A stretch of 55,232 nt of DNA from a virus (IMGVR_UViG_3300020045_002265:1-55232); one strand, 5' to 3'; shown: positions 9,566 to 19,276, counted from the first letter of the stretch. The notes: generated from the sequence alone by a model not told the origin. Program-made: numbers and translations.

Positions 9566-10224
9566 AAGCAGAGTATATTGCCCATTTAGGTGATGATCTT
9601 TTAGTTGCAAATATAGCAAGAATTTCTTTTGACAAAGAGTCAAAAGAATTTACACTAAGGAAAGATAAAGAGAAGGGCAGTGATGAAGGATTAATTCAGT
9701 ACCTTGCTCAACACAATCACTGGACTCCTTTTGGCCACCCTCAAATAACATTAAGGATGAAAGCACCAGTACCAATCCGTACACAGTGTTTCAAAAGTAA
9801 AATAGGATTTGTTGAAAATGAAGAGAGTCGCAGATATATCTCATCTACACCGGAATTATTTATACCAGAGTCTTTTAGAAGTAAACCGGATGGAAATAAG
9901 AAACAAGGTAGTTCAGGGAATCATCCCTTATCCGAAGAATTCTTGGCTAGGTATATTCGTACCTGTAATACAGCCATCAAAGAGTATGATGAAATGATTG
10001 AAGCCGGCATTGCACCAGAGCAGGCTAGATTTGTTTTACCACAAGGTTGTTATGTTAATTGGGTTTGGACAGGATCTTTAGCAGCATTCGCTAGATTTTG
10101 TAAATTAAGAAAAGATAGTCATGCTCAAGGTGAAGTAAAAGACTTAGCTGACCAAGTTAGTAGTATTATTGAGCCTTTGTTTCCATATTCGTGGAAGGCT
10201 CTGATGGGAGAAATTAATGAGTAA
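9562..10224 (+). CDS. thyX: flavin-dependent thymidylate synthase
   Basis: ARISF, HWTPF, NEESRRY, EQARFVLP and HAQ.E motifs. Confidence 0.95.
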   Translation: MKAEYIAHLGDDLLVANIARISFDKESKEFTLRKDKEKGSDEGLIQYLAQHNHWTPFGHPQITLRMKAPVPIRTQCFKSKIGFVENEESRRYISSTPELFIPESFRSKPDGNKKQGSSGNHPLSEEFLARYIRTCNTAIKEYDEMIEAGIAPEQARFVLPQGCYVNWVWTGSLAAFARFCKLRKDSHAQGEVKDLADQVSSIIEPLFPYSWKALMGEINE

Positions 10225-10642
10225 GAATAATGCAGCATGGGATTTGTTTGATGAGCAACTTAATATTATTGAGCCTCCGATAAACTACCTCAGCTTTACA
10301 GAATTACAGCAAGTGGTTGGATTCAGATCAGCACTAATGACTGAGAATACTGAAGAATTCCGTAGGATCTTATTCGAGAATGGTGTTGATATATCTAAGC
10401 CATATAATATCGTCAAGTGTCTACACCGACCACGTACAAGTAATAAAATTGTAGATGGTTTCCGTATTGAGTTTACAGAAAGGACCGAGAGGGCTTGGCT
10501 TGACACAGGAGCAGCATCCTTGGAAGCTTGGGTATTCTCAGGCAATGATAAGAGCTTGCATCAAGAACTTCGCAATATGAGCCGTGAACGTAATCATAGC
10601 GTTGAGCGTGAATACCAAAGTCAGAATTACAATAAGAATTAA
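10217..10642 (+). CDS. hypothetical protein
   Basis: GGAG RBS; lies between thyX and nrdB. Confidence 0.75.
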   Translation: MSKNNAAWDLFDEQLNIIEPPINYLSFTELQQVVGFRSALMTENTEEFRRILFENGVDISKPYNIVKCLHRPRTSNKIVDGFRIEFTERTERAWLDTGAASLEAWVFSGNDKSLHQELRNMSRERNHSVEREYQSQNYNKN

Positions 10643-10651
10643 GGAGTTGAT

Positions 10652-11620
10652 TTGAGAAATATTGATCTTTTACACACTAAGACAGGAGCTTACCAAATAC
10701 TGTTTCCCGAAGCTGTTAAGTTTGCAGAGGATCAGTTTAATATTGCTTGGCCTCCATCTGAGTTTCCTGTAGCTGAGGATATCCAAGATGTACTGACAAA
10801 TTTCAGTGAATCAGAAATGCACGCCACTATCACCGCTTCCAAATTATTCACACTCTATGAGTTGAAAGCTGGAACTGATTACTGGCTTGGTAGGGTCATG
10901 CGTAGATATCCAAGTGCTTGTATCCAGAGAATGGCATCAGCCTTTGGTAATGCTGAATTGAATTATCATGCTCCATTCTATAATGAATTAAATAAAGCAT
11001 TGAACTTGGATACGTTGGAGTTTTATACCAGTTATGTTGACAATCCACTATTGAAGGAAAGAATGGATTACATCGATAGTATTATTCGTTCACCAGATGA
11101 TGCCTTAAGTTTGGCTGTATTCAGTATGGTGGAAGGTGTAGTACTTTATTCTACATTTGCTTATTTTAAACATTACCGGGCAAATGGTAAGAACAAGATT
11201 AAGAATTTGGTAAGTGGTATTAATGCAAGTATTCGTGATGAGACTTTGCACAGTACCGGTGGTGCTTGGTTATTTTCTAAAGAACTGGAATTCCTAGGCA
11301 AGAAGCCAGAGGATTATGCAGAGCAGATTTATGAAGCAGCTAGATACCTGTGTGAGCATGAGAAGCTGATTAATGCAATGCTATTTGAGAAGGGAAATAT
11401 TGAAGGATATACATTGACACAAGCTAATCACTTTGTTGAGAGCCGGGTTAATTTCTGCTTACAACAATTAGGATTGAAGCCTATTTATGTTGTCAAATAC
11501 AATCCAGTTGCTGAGTGGTTTTATGACAGTACATTGGCATTAAAACTTCATGACTTCTTCAATACAAGTGGTAGTGATTACAAAAGAAATTGGAGTCAGG
11601 AGAGATTACGAGCATGGTAG
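10652..11620 (+). CDS. nrdB: ribonucleotide reductase class I beta subunit
   Basis: W.P.E, ExxxH..FY, VEGVVLYSTF and RDETLH motifs. Confidence 0.93.
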   Translation: MRNIDLLHTKTGAYQILFPEAVKFAEDQFNIAWPPSEFPVAEDIQDVLTNFSESEMHATITASKLFTLYELKAGTDYWLGRVMRRYPSACIQRMASAFGNAELNYHAPFYNELNKALNLDTLEFYTSYVDNPLLKERMDYIDSIIRSPDDALSLAVFSMVEGVVLYSTFAYFKHYRANGKNKIKNLVSGINASIRDETLHSTGGAWLFSKELEFLGKKPEDYAEQIYEAARYLCEHEKLINAMLFEKGNIEGYTLTQANHFVESRVNFCLQQLGLKPIYVVKYNPVAEWFYDSTLALKLHDFFNTSGSDYKRNWSQERLRAW

Positions 11621-13365
11621 ATGTTTATGAACAATTAAGTGAACAACGTAAAAAGGAGCAAGCCGAAGGTTTATATCCAGATTGGTTTACAACTGGCAGC
11701 TACCAGATGTTCAAAGAAAGCTATCAATATGAAGCTACTGGCTATAGAGAACAAGTGGAACGTATTGCCAAGACCTTAGCCCCGTATGCTCCAGATTTTA
11801 GTAGATTAAAGCCACACCCACTTTATGAGACAATTACAACCAATCATGGAAATAGTTGGGAAGAGTGCTTCTTAAGCATAATGTGGACAGGTGACTTTGC
11901 TCCATCGACACCAGTATTAGCAAATACAGGAACTGACCGTGGATGTTCTGTCAGTTGTAGTGGTAGTGTTATTGGTGATAGTGTTAGGGACTTCTATGAA
12001 TCTCTTACCGAAGCTGCATTACTTTCTAAAGAAGGTTTTGGTACATCAGCTTATCTTGGTAAGATTCGACCAAGAGGAAGTAAGATTACTAATGGTGGTA
12101 AAGCTACAGGAACTTTCCCTGTACTTAAAACTTACCAAGAGATGGCTTCAAGAGTCAGTCAAGGTGGAGTTAGACGTGGAAGTTGGGCTGGATATTTGCC
12201 AATTGATCATGATGATTTTGATGAGTGGTGTGATAGCTTGATTAAAGATCCACAAGGTCAAAATATTGGATGGGTTGTTACCAGAGCAGTTATCCAGAAA
12301 TGGGAAGAAGGCGATGAGGAATTAACTCGCCGCCGAGCTAGAGCTTTATATGCTAAGTTGGTAACTGGTAAAGGTTACTTCTGGAAAGTGGATCATGTGA
12401 ATGAACAACAACCGGAAGCTTATAAAGCTCATGGATTATTGAATCATGCTTCCAACCTTTGTACTGAGATTACATTGTTTGCTGACTTTGAGCACACATA
12501 CACTTGCATTATTAGCAGTATGAATTGCTTGAGATATGACATCTGGAAAGATACCGGCTCTGTGTTCATTGCCATTGTACTGCTTGATGCACTCTGTAGT
12601 GAATTTTTGGAGAAGGCTAGAAACATTGTAGGGCTTGAGAAGGCTGTGCGCTACACTGAGAAGGCGAGAAGTTTGGGATTAGGTTTGTTAGGCTTCCACA
12701 GCTACTTACAATCCAAGATGATTGCATTTGAAGAGTATGAAGCTCATAGATTGAATATTGAAATCTTCTCTCACCTACACGATGAAAGTTTGGCTGCATC
12801 ACAGTGGATTGCTTCTGTAAATGGTGAGCCTGAGTGGTGTAAGGGCTTGGGCGTAGCCCACACCCATTTAACCGCTGTAGCGCCCAATATGAGCAGTGCT
12901 GTGCTATGTGGACAAGTGAGCAATGGTATAGAACCTTGGCTTGCCAATGCGTTCCTACAGCCTACAGCGGCTGGTGAAATGCTTAGGATTAACCCTGAAT
13001 TCTTGAAGCTAGCGACTAGTAAGGGTAAATATAATAAAGCCCTTGTTAGAGATATCATCCAGAAGAAGGGATCTGTGCAACATCTGGATTGGCTCACCGA
13101 CCATGAGAAACTTGTATTCAGAACTGCATTTGAGATTGATCAGTTTGCTATTCTTAGACTGGCATCCCTGAGACAACGATACATGGGGCAATATGGCCAA
13201 GGGCAATCCTTGAACTTCTTCTTCAGTTCGGAAGCTCCAGAGGAATACGTGGCAGCTGTCTATAAGGAATTTTTCTTAGATGAATACCTGAAGGGGCAAT
13301 ATTACCTCAGGTCTGAATCTGGGGTGCTGGCCTCAAATGGAGAGTGTTTGGCGTGTTCGTCATAA
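11614..13365 (+). CDS. nrdA: ribonucleotide reductase class I alpha subunit (no ATP cone)
   Basis: STPVLAN, VSC, SQGGVRRG, SNLCTEI, APNMSS, YYLRS and C-terminal CLAC. Confidence 0.95.
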   Translation: MVDVYEQLSEQRKKEQAEGLYPDWFTTGSYQMFKESYQYEATGYREQVERIAKTLAPYAPDFSRLKPHPLYETITTNHGNSWEECFLSIMWTGDFAPSTPVLANTGTDRGCSVSCSGSVIGDSVRDFYESLTEAALLSKEGFGTSAYLGKIRPRGSKITNGGKATGTFPVLKTYQEMASRVSQGGVRRGSWAGYLPIDHDDFDEWCDSLIKDPQGQNIGWVVTRAVIQKWEEGDEELTRRRARALYAKLVTGKGYFWKVDHVNEQQPEAYKAHGLLNHASNLCTEITLFADFEHTYTCIISSMNCLRYDIWKDTGSVFIAIVLLDALCSEFLEKARNIVGLEKAVRYTEKARSLGLGLLGFHSYLQSKMIAFEEYEAHRLNIEIFSHLHDESLAASQWIASVNGEPEWCKGLGVAHTHLTAVAPNMSSAVLCGQVSNGIEPWLANAFLQPTAAGEMLRINPEFLKLATSKGKYNKALVRDIIQKKGSVQHLDWLTDHEKLVFRTAFEIDQFAILRLASLRQRYMGQYGQGQSLNFFFSSEAPEEYVAAVYKEFFLDEYLKGQYYLRSESGVLASNGECLACSS

Positions 13366-13370
13366 AGTAG

Positions 13371-13399
13371 TTGACAACTAGTTATACCCTTGATACCCT
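13371..13399 (+). promoter_or_regulatory. sigma70-type promoter
   Basis: TTGACA-17 nt-TACCCT with extended -10 TG; overlaps the nrdA terminator hairpin. Confidence 0.55.
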
Positions 13400-13430
13400 G
13401 TATGCCTTAACCGGTGTACGGGGTTTTTGT
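13394..13430 (+). terminator. rho-independent terminator after nrdA
   Basis: CCCTGTATGCC-TTAACC-GGTGTACGGGG followed by TTTTT. Confidence 0.6.
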
Positions 13431-13449
13431 TTATTGGAGGAAATGAATT

Positions 13450-13557
13450 ATGAGTAAGTATCCTGAACGCAGACCTGAGTGGCTATGTTGGACAGTGACA
13501 ATATTGTCCTTTGTCTTAGTATTCAGTGTTATTATCAACCATGCAGTCAATCATTAA
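13450..13557 (+). CDS. small membrane protein (35 aa)
   Basis: MSKYPERRPEWLCWTVTILSFVLVFSVIINHAVNH; GGAGG upstream. Confidence 0.6.
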   Translation: MSKYPERRPEWLCWTVTILSFVLVFSVIINHAVNH

Positions 13558-13567
13558 GGAGCTGGCC

Positions 13568-13690
13568 ATGTCAAATGAAGAGAAGAAATCAGAGTTCAGT
13601 ATTATAATCTTTATCATACTATTAATCTTGTGTTGGCCACTGGCATTGATATATGCTGTGTATAAGCATTTCAAAGGGGCGGCTAAATGA
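13568..13690 (+). CDS. small membrane protein (40 aa)
   Basis: MSNEEKKSEFSIIIFIILLILCWPLALIYAVYKHFKGAAK; AGGAG RBS. Confidence 0.65.
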   Translation: MSNEEKKSEFSIIIFIILLILCWPLALIYAVYKHFKGAAK

Positions 13691-13857
13691 CACTTCAGAA
13701 TATATTTTCAACTTTAGGTACTCTGCTATTTACCATAATTGTATTTATAGTACTGAATTTCATAACTGGGACTCCAGAGCTATTGTCAAAGAAAGATCTA
13801 TTGTTTATCATAGTTTACTGTGTCGGTTGGTTTACAAGAGGTTGGCATGATCAATAA
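13687..13857 (+). CDS. small two-TM membrane protein (56 aa)
   Basis: MTLQNIFSTLGTLLFTIIVFIVLNFITG...LLFIIVYCVGWFTRGWHDQ; ATGA coupling. Confidence 0.6.
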   Translation: MTLQNIFSTLGTLLFTIIVFIVLNFITGTPELLSKKDLLFIIVYCVGWFTRGWHDQ

Positions 13858-14017
13858 TCCTACCCACATTCCAAATGGATTGATGTGCTGTGGATGCACT
13901 AAAGCTCTTGACAAGTGTAATCATTTAGAGTTTAATAAGATGCCAGTCATCGATAAGAGGGATAAAGAATTTCCAGTTGTTAAATGCACTCAATATATTA
14001 AGAAGGAGAAATCATGA
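13847..14017 (+). CDS. small Cys-rich protein
   Basis: GAGG RBS before the ATG at 13847; MCCGC...C...C pattern. Confidence 0.6.
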   Translation: MINNPTHIPNGLMCCGCTKALDKCNHLEFNKMPVIDKRDKEFPVVKCTQYIKKEKS

Positions 14018-14319
14018 AAAGATTAGCAATGTTATTAGCACTCTCATTAGTGGCTTGCCAGCCAGCTTATTCAAATGAGTTGCCGAAGGGTTATTGTGAA
14101 GTGGTGGTTTGTAATAAAATTGAAAGGTTCAGCTTAGACCCGTTCAGTCATTTCAAGGATAAGCTGGGTGAAACTTGTTTTGGAACAATAATTGGTCAAG
14201 AGGATGCTGTAGTTGATAAAGTCCTAACTGAAGAGTCACGGTGGTATCAGGGGCAGTCAATTAACCCAACCAAGAAATCAGTGACCAGAGTAAAAGAAGT
14301 AAAAAGTTGTAATAAATAG
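14014..14319 (+). CDS. putative lipoprotein/exported protein
   Basis: MKRLAMLLALSLVAC lipobox-like signal; AGGAG RBS. Confidence 0.7.
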   Translation: MKRLAMLLALSLVACQPAYSNELPKGYCEVVVCNKIERFSLDPFSHFKDKLGETCFGTIIGQEDAVVDKVLTEESRWYQGQSINPTKKSVTRVKEVKSCNK

Positions 14320-14320
14320 T

Positions 14321-14349
14321 TTGACAGTAGTGCCAAAGAGTGGTTTAAT
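14321..14349 (+). promoter_or_regulatory. sigma70-type promoter
   Basis: TTGACA-17 nt-TTTAAT with extended -10 TG, upstream of the SPFH gene. Confidence 0.6.
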
Positions 14350-14412
14350 AGCATCACTCAAATCGAGTAGCATCATTTGATGCAACATTAACCAAGAAAG
14401 GAGAAGTAAATT

Positions 14413-15735
14413 ATGACAGAACTTAAGCAAGGTATTCCGGGACTTATCAAGTGGAGTATTATTGGTGTTGTGAGCTTTATTGCAGCATTGATCTTATTCA
14501 ATGGTGTCCTGTTCTACAATGAATCTGGGTATCAAACTCATGTGCGTACCATCTTTGGTGAGGAAAAAGTGGTAACTGATGTTGGTTACTCTACTAAGTG
14601 GTTTGGTCGTGCGACATCTTGGAAACAAGCTCAAACTTTACAATTCTCTATCACAGAGAGCGGTGTGTCTGAGACATCTGTAGACGATGGTGTTGGGGTC
14701 AATAACTACAAGGTAGTGTTCCTTGGTAATGTGGATGGTCAAGTAGAAGCATCTACCCGATTCCGTATGCCACAAGGTGAACAGTTCTTACAGATTGCTC
14801 GTGAATATCGCACTCCAGAGAACTTCCTGCAAACCGCTGTAGTCCCAGCTGTGAAAGAGACATTGCAAACTACTGCATCTCTTATGACTGCTGATGATTA
14901 CTTCGCTGGTGCTCGTGGTGAGTTTGGTGCTAACTTTGAAGATCAACTTCGTAATGGCCAGTATGCTGTTAAACGTAAAGAGATCAGTAAAGAAGTAGTT
15001 ACACAACGTAGTGAGGCAATAGGTGCAACTTCCGGCTTAGGTGTTGATGGTGAGCAAAAACGTGCTGAGTTCATTACTGAGAAAGAGACAGATCGCACAG
15101 GTCGTGAGATCCGTAAGGCTCAACAATTCGTAGGCCTTGGTGTAGAAGTGGTGGAAGCTCGTATCACTAACATCCTACCTAATGATCAATTCCGTGCTCG
15201 AATGGTAAAGGTACAGACAGCTCAAGCAGACCTCGCCATTGCCCGTCAGAATCGATTGAAGGAAGAAGAAGAGAAATTGCTGGTGACTGCACGTGGTCAG
15301 AAAGAAGTTGAACAGAAGCGTCAAGAAACCCTTCGTGATCAAATTGAACAAACCACCAAAGCTGAAACTAGTAAGAAACTTGCTGTCTTAGAAGCTCAGA
15401 AGAACTTTGAGAGTGCTGAAATTGCCAAACAAACTTCTGCTCAGTTGCTAGAGAAAGCTAAGATCGATGCCCAATCAACCAAAACTCTGGCTGATGCTGA
15501 AGCTTACCAAAAGCGTGTGGTGTTGGAAGCAGATGGTGCCTTGGCTCAGAAACTTGAGAAGATTGGTGAGATCAACCAGTTCTGGGCAAATGCAGCGGCT
15601 AAAGCTCCAGTGTCACAATTCGTGATGGGTGGTAATGGTCAAAGTGGTAGTCGTCAATCTGAGTTCTCTGATATGATGAGCCTCCTGACTGTCAAAGCTG
15701 CCAAAGATCTTGCAGTGGACTTGAAAGTTAAGTAA
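14413..15735 (+). CDS. SPFH/band-7 (prohibitin/flotillin-like) membrane protein
   Basis: N-terminal TM, SPFH-like core, long Ala/Glu/Gln/Lys coiled coil; AGGAG RBS. Confidence 0.8.
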   Translation: MTELKQGIPGLIKWSIIGVVSFIAALILFNGVLFYNESGYQTHVRTIFGEEKVVTDVGYSTKWFGRATSWKQAQTLQFSITESGVSETSVDDGVGVNNYKVVFLGNVDGQVEASTRFRMPQGEQFLQIAREYRTPENFLQTAVVPAVKETLQTTASLMTADDYFAGARGEFGANFEDQLRNGQYAVKRKEISKEVVTQRSEAIGATSGLGVDGEQKRAEFITEKETDRTGREIRKAQQFVGLGVEVVEARITNILPNDQFRARMVKVQTAQADLAIARQNRLKEEEEKLLVTARGQKEVEQKRQETLRDQIEQTTKAETSKKLAVLEAQKNFESAEIAKQTSAQLLEKAKIDAQSTKTLADAEAYQKRVVLEADGALAQKLEKIGEINQFWANAAAKAPVSQFVMGGNGQSGSRQSEFSDMMSLLTVKAAKDLAVDLKVK

Positions 15736-15755
15736 TATTAACAAGCAATACAAAT

Positions 15756-15778
15756 GCCCACCACTAGGTGGGCTTTTT
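15756..15778 (+). terminator. rho-independent terminator
   Basis: GCCCACC-ACTA-GGTGGGC-TTTTT. Confidence 0.8.
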
Positions 15779-15796
15779 CAGTAGAGGAGAAATACT

Positions 15797-16177
15797 ATGG
15801 TAGGTTGGATTATATTGGTAGTGTCGTTCCTGATATCTTTAGGGATGACAACTTTAGTAATTAAGAATGGTATGGATGGCAACATTAGGAATAAATTTAA
15901 TGGCCGGTTGAAGACTGATAGTTTGGTAGCACATATTGTTGCATGGTGGATTTTCTCTGCTGCATACTTATCTTTACTTACATTTCATACAGCGGGTGTA
16001 TTATCAATTACCGGAATTGTCTTGGCAATATCACTGGCAGTCTTCGGTTTATTAGCAGCATTTGATCCTAGTTCATCATCGGCTAAATTGTGGAATAGTA
16101 TTAAGGAATGGTTTAATTCATTAACCAAACCAAAATTACCTACTAACCCCACAATAATGCCATTTGAAGGTAAATAA
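15797..16177 (+). CDS. membrane protein (about 3 TM)
   Basis: Three hydrophobic segments; GAGGAG RBS. Confidence 0.75.
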   Translation: MVGWIILVVSFLISLGMTTLVIKNGMDGNIRNKFNGRLKTDSLVAHIVAWWIFSAAYLSLLTFHTAGVLSITGIVLAISLAVFGLLAAFDPSSSSAKLWNSIKEWFNSLTKPKLPTNPTIMPFEGK

Positions 16178-16415
16178 TTACCTAGTAGGAGATGAGGTGA
16201 TAAATAAAGATCAAGTCGATAAGTTCATAGCTGAGCTTGATAAGAGACTTACAGCCAGAGGCCATTATGTCAATTCAATCAGCTACAATGGCAATGCTGC
16301 TGAAGTGATTATTACATTACTAGTTGACAACAGGCTTGACTTCTATGTAATATATGATGAGTTCGGCCATAATCGTTGGCTGAGGGTATTATCTGAGGAG
16401 GGTTATGCTCCTTAG
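16164..16415 (+). CDS. hypothetical protein
   Basis: Coupled ORF. Confidence 0.6.
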   Translation: MKVNNYLVGDEVINKDQVDKFIAELDKRLTARGHYVNSISYNGNAAEVIITLLVDNRLDFYVIYDEFGHNRWLRVLSEEGYAP

Positions 16416-16476
16416 TGAAAAGCAAACCCAGTAATGGGAACAAACTTAACAAAACGTTAATTAAGAGGAAATAATT

Positions 16477-16887
16477 ATGACAGAACAAATTGAACAAAAG
16501 AACCCAGAAGACCAAGCAACTCTTGGTGGTGAGTGGCATTCACGCCATGTGCGCTATCCAGAATTATCAGAGATATTTCCGGGCGGCATCACTCTGCGAT
16601 ACAAAGTGGATGAAGTCACTAACACAGCGGAGTACAAGTTTGCCATTTGCAATCCAAATGACCAGTACTCTCGTAAGACAGGTATTGCAATTGCCGATGC
16701 TAAGGAATCCTTCTTCACCGACTTACCTCCATTTGATATTGAGCGTGAAGATTTGGTGCAGCTGATCCTTAGAGATATCTTCGACAAAGTTCCTACATTG
16801 TCCAGACAAACCATATCCTTGATCTATAATTTCTCAGTGCAACATGTTGTGAGAAGTATTAAAGGTTATTTTTATCCTAAGGTATAA
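16477..16887 (+). CDS. hypothetical protein
   Basis: GAGG RBS; contains an AIC.P.DQYSRKTG motif. Confidence 0.7.
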   Translation: MTEQIEQKNPEDQATLGGEWHSRHVRYPELSEIFPGGITLRYKVDEVTNTAEYKFAICNPNDQYSRKTGIAIADAKESFFTDLPPFDIEREDLVQLILRDIFDKVPTLSRQTISLIYNFSVQHVVRSIKGYFYPKV

Positions 16888-16890
16888 ATG

Positions 16891-16930
16891 AAAAAGCCCC
16901 AGAGATGATGTGTCTCTGGGGCTAATTTAT
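16891..16930. terminator. bidirectional terminator at the convergence of the + and - operons
   Basis: AAAAAGCCCCAGAGA-TGATGTG-TCTCTGGGGCT hairpin flanked by A/T tracts. Confidence 0.8.
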
Positions 16931-16935
16931 TTCTA

Positions 16936-17526
16936 TCATGTGTAATTGTAACTCAAATGTTTGTATGTAGTAATTTGAGCTGAAGGTGAAGATTGAACCC
17001 CAGCTCCAATCAAAGCTGCTGATGGAGCCGATGCAATTAAATCACCACTATCATTTCCTGTACTGCTCCTTGCAAACATTGTTCTCAATTTAAGTCCAAC
17101 AACACCATTCAAAAAAGCTACGTCAAAAAAGGTCTGAGTTTCACTGGAATTATTGAGATGTATGTTAATACTATTACCGAGTGTAGTCCAAGTTACACCA
17201 CCATTAACACTTGCCTCAACCCAGAAGAACAAATGGCTTACACCAGAAGCTCCTGTCCTACCTGCTCTTAATCTACTCTTGATAGCAATCGGGCCAGACT
17301 TTAAGAAAGTAAATACACCTCCAGTGTAGTCTAAAATTTGTGAGTTAGATTGTTTATTAACTCCATAAGACACAACTTTTGGAGTATCTATTGGTGATCC
17401 AGATTGAGTTGATAGGTTTATAAAATCACCCTCTGGGACAAACCCTGAAAGGAACCCATCTTGTAATTCTACAATGGCATCATTCTGTTTGTATTTAGGT
17501 GACCATTTATTAATAACTATTGTCAT
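16936..17526 (-). CDS. hypothetical beta-rich protein, possibly virion-associated
   Basis: Last gene of the late operon; Gly/Ser/Thr-rich beta composition. Confidence 0.6.
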   Translation of the reverse strand: MTIVINKWSPKYKQNDAIVELQDGFLSGFVPEGDFINLSTQSGSPIDTPKVVSYGVNKQSNSQILDYTGGVFTFLKSGPIAIKSRLRAGRTGASGVSHLFFWVEASVNGGVTWTTLGNSINIHLNNSSETQTFFDVAFLNGVVGLKLRTMFARSSTGNDSGDLIASAPSAALIGAGVQSSPSAQITTYKHLSYNYT

Positions 17527-17846
17527 TTATGCTCCTCAATAATTATACTTTCTTCCAAAGCATCCATTCTATATTTATGAGTGACAATAGAGTCATTCAA
17601 TTGTAATTCAAGCCTTATTATCTGCTTCTGTAGATCTCTCTTATCCGCTTCAAATTGCTTTCTTATTTCCTCTTTGGTGTTTTCCAAATCTCTTTTATCT
17701 AGCTCAAACTCCTTTCTAAGTTCATCCTTGACAATATTAATCTCCCTCCTAGCATCCCATTGAAGAATCGTTTGACTACATATGTACAGAATAGCAAGTA
17801 TAAATAAATATCCAACTACCTTCTCTGCTACTTGTTGCCATGTCAC
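17523..17846 (-). CDS. membrane-anchored coiled-coil protein
   Basis: N-terminal TM followed by a repeated ELRKEFELDKRDL/EIRKQFEADKRDL unit. Confidence 0.7.
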   Translation of the reverse strand: MTWQQVAEKVVGYLFILAILYICSQTILQWDARREINIVKDELRKEFELDKRDLENTKEEIRKQFEADKRDLQKQIIRLELQLNDSIVTHKYRMDALEESIIIEEHK

Positions 17847-17855
17847 TTACAACCC

Positions 17856-18197
17856 CTATTTACTCTTTGGAGGATTTCCCCCACTAACTACATACAGCAA
17901 TGTGTTAAGTTTATTATCGATGTTGGCACCCATTGCCCTCATCTCACTTCTTACTTCTTCTTTAAACGATAATAAATCAGACTGCGTAACCCTTTCATCT
18001 TTGATCTTATCAACTTGTGATCGGAGATCTTTAATGTCCATTTGACCTACGCTGGCATCTCTCATCTTATCAACCTGAGTTTCTAGGTCTCTAATATTTG
18101 ATTGCATGTTGTTATACAACAACCCCATCAAGGTCATAGCTATGGTGAGTACCCATAAAGCTACCGTCTTAAAAAATTCATTATTCGGAACTGACAT
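17856..18197 (-). CDS. membrane-anchored coiled-coil protein (lysis region)
   Basis: N-terminal TM followed by a repeated IRDLETQVDK/IKDLRSQVDK unit. Confidence 0.7.
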   Translation of the reverse strand: MSVPNNEFFKTVALWVLTIAMTLMGLLYNNMQSNIRDLETQVDKMRDASVGQMDIKDLRSQVDKIKDERVTQSDLLSFKEEVRSEMRAMGANIDNKLNTLLYVVSGGNPPKSK

Positions 18198-18465
18198 TGT
18201 AAATTTTCTCTTGTTTTATTTTCCAATCTCTTAATGACTCTAGTTTCAATTCATAAGCTTCAATGCAATAATAATTCTCTATGAAGAGTTTACCTTGTTC
18301 TCTAGGACTATAAAATTCCCACTTAGGTGTGCAAGGGCTTATGAGGAGTGAATCATCAGGGAGTATCGGGACTTCTTTTGTCTTTACTGAGTTGCTTGAA
18401 CACCCTGAGATATTCATCACTGTAAGGAGCATCAATATCAACATATTCGACTTGATCTTTTTCAT
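18181..18465 (-). CDS. o-spanin (Rz1-like lipoprotein)
   Basis: Lipobox ISGC; Pro/Cys-containing mature part; overlaps the 3' end of the i-spanin gene. Confidence 0.75.
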   Translation of the reverse strand: MKKIKSNMLILMLLTVMNISGCSSNSVKTKEVPILPDDSLLISPCTPKWEFYSPREQGKLFIENYYCIEAYELKLESLRDWKIKQEKIYNVSSE

Positions 18466-18772
18466 CTTGGGAACCTACTTGCTTCGGACACTTTCTGGGG
18501 ATGGCATTTAACTGTTCTTTGAGGGTCTTTTTATCCTTCTCAAGGGTCATTAAATCGGCCACTTGTTTAGCCATGACCTGCTCTGATGCCTCTTTACTCT
18601 CAGTTAACTTCTCTTTACTCTCAGAACAATCTTTCAATAGGGTCTGAGACTGCGTATACTTTGATTGGAGCGATTCTAGGTCTTTCTGGCTACTTTGGTA
18701 TAGGAGGCCAAGAGAGAGGCTAGAAATCAATCCTAGGAGGGATAAGCCCCCTAGTATCTTTGTTAGAATCAT
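18356..18772 (-). CDS. i-spanin (Rz-like)
   Basis: N-terminal TM plus periplasmic coiled coil; overlapped by a lipoprotein gene. Confidence 0.75.
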   Translation of the reverse strand: MILTKILGGLSLLGLISSLSLGLLYQSSQKDLESLQSKYTQSQTLLKDCSESKEKLTESKEASEQVMAKQVADLMTLEKDKKTLKEQLNAIPRKCPKQVGSQDEKDQVEYVDIDAPYSDEYLRVFKQLSKDKRSPDTP

Positions 18773-19029
18773 TAGCCGATGTTTCCATCAAAAGCTCTGA
18801 ATCCGATCAGCCCTGTGGCTGTTGCAGCTGTCACATGAGTAACTCTAATTGGGAGGATAGTTCCTGCCGCAACTGCTGTAAATGATAGCACAGAGCCATC
18901 AGCACAGGTCACTGTCAGGTTACCAGTACCACCTACATAAATCCCATGAGCTTGTTTTGCCAGTGGGCTTGCACCAGCTGTGATATTAAATCCACCTCTA
19001 GCTACAAAACTTCCTAAACTAAATGCCAT
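18772..19029 (-). CDS. head-spike base-like protein (RcGTA Rcc01079-like), paralog 1
   Basis: GIYVGGTGNLTV...G..LSF..VAAGTILPIRVTHV.AATAT motif; 85 aa from the ATG at 19029. Confidence 0.6.
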   Translation of the reverse strand: MAFSLGSFVARGGFNITAGASPLAKQAHGIYVGGTGNLTVTCADGSVLSFTAVAAGTILPIRVTHVTAATATGLIGFRAFDGNIG

Positions 19030-19030
19030 A

Positions 19031-19276
19031 TTATTTCTCTTTTTGAATTTCTTGATCACTTACTTTGCAGACATCTTCTTTGATTTCTTGGTTGATAAAA
19101 CTACCAACAATCCCCATTAAAGCCAAAGCTGCTGTAACAGAAGCTCCAACCCAAATAGGGACGTAATCAATAAAGGGGACAATGGCAATCATCCCCACAG
19201 AAGATATAGCAACTAATAGGTGAGTGATAAAACTGTATCTTTTGAATACAGCTTTCCAATCTTTATTAATTTTCAC
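19031..19276 (-). CDS. putative holin
   Basis: 81 aa, two TM segments and a charged C-terminus; lies next to the spanins. Confidence 0.6.
   Translation of the reverse strand: MKINKDWKAVFKRYSFITHLLVAISSVGMIAIVPFIDYVPIWVGASVTAALALMGIVGSFINQEIKEDVCKVSDQEIQKEK

Noticed and set aside
10652-13365. Intein or intron in nrdA/nrdB
   Set aside because: Both ORFs are continuous and compact, with no splicing motifs seen.
13653-13850. ORF-track 65-aa ORF
   Set aside because: The alternative-frame membrane ORFs 13568-13690 and 13687-13857 tile the region with an RBS and ATGA coupling.
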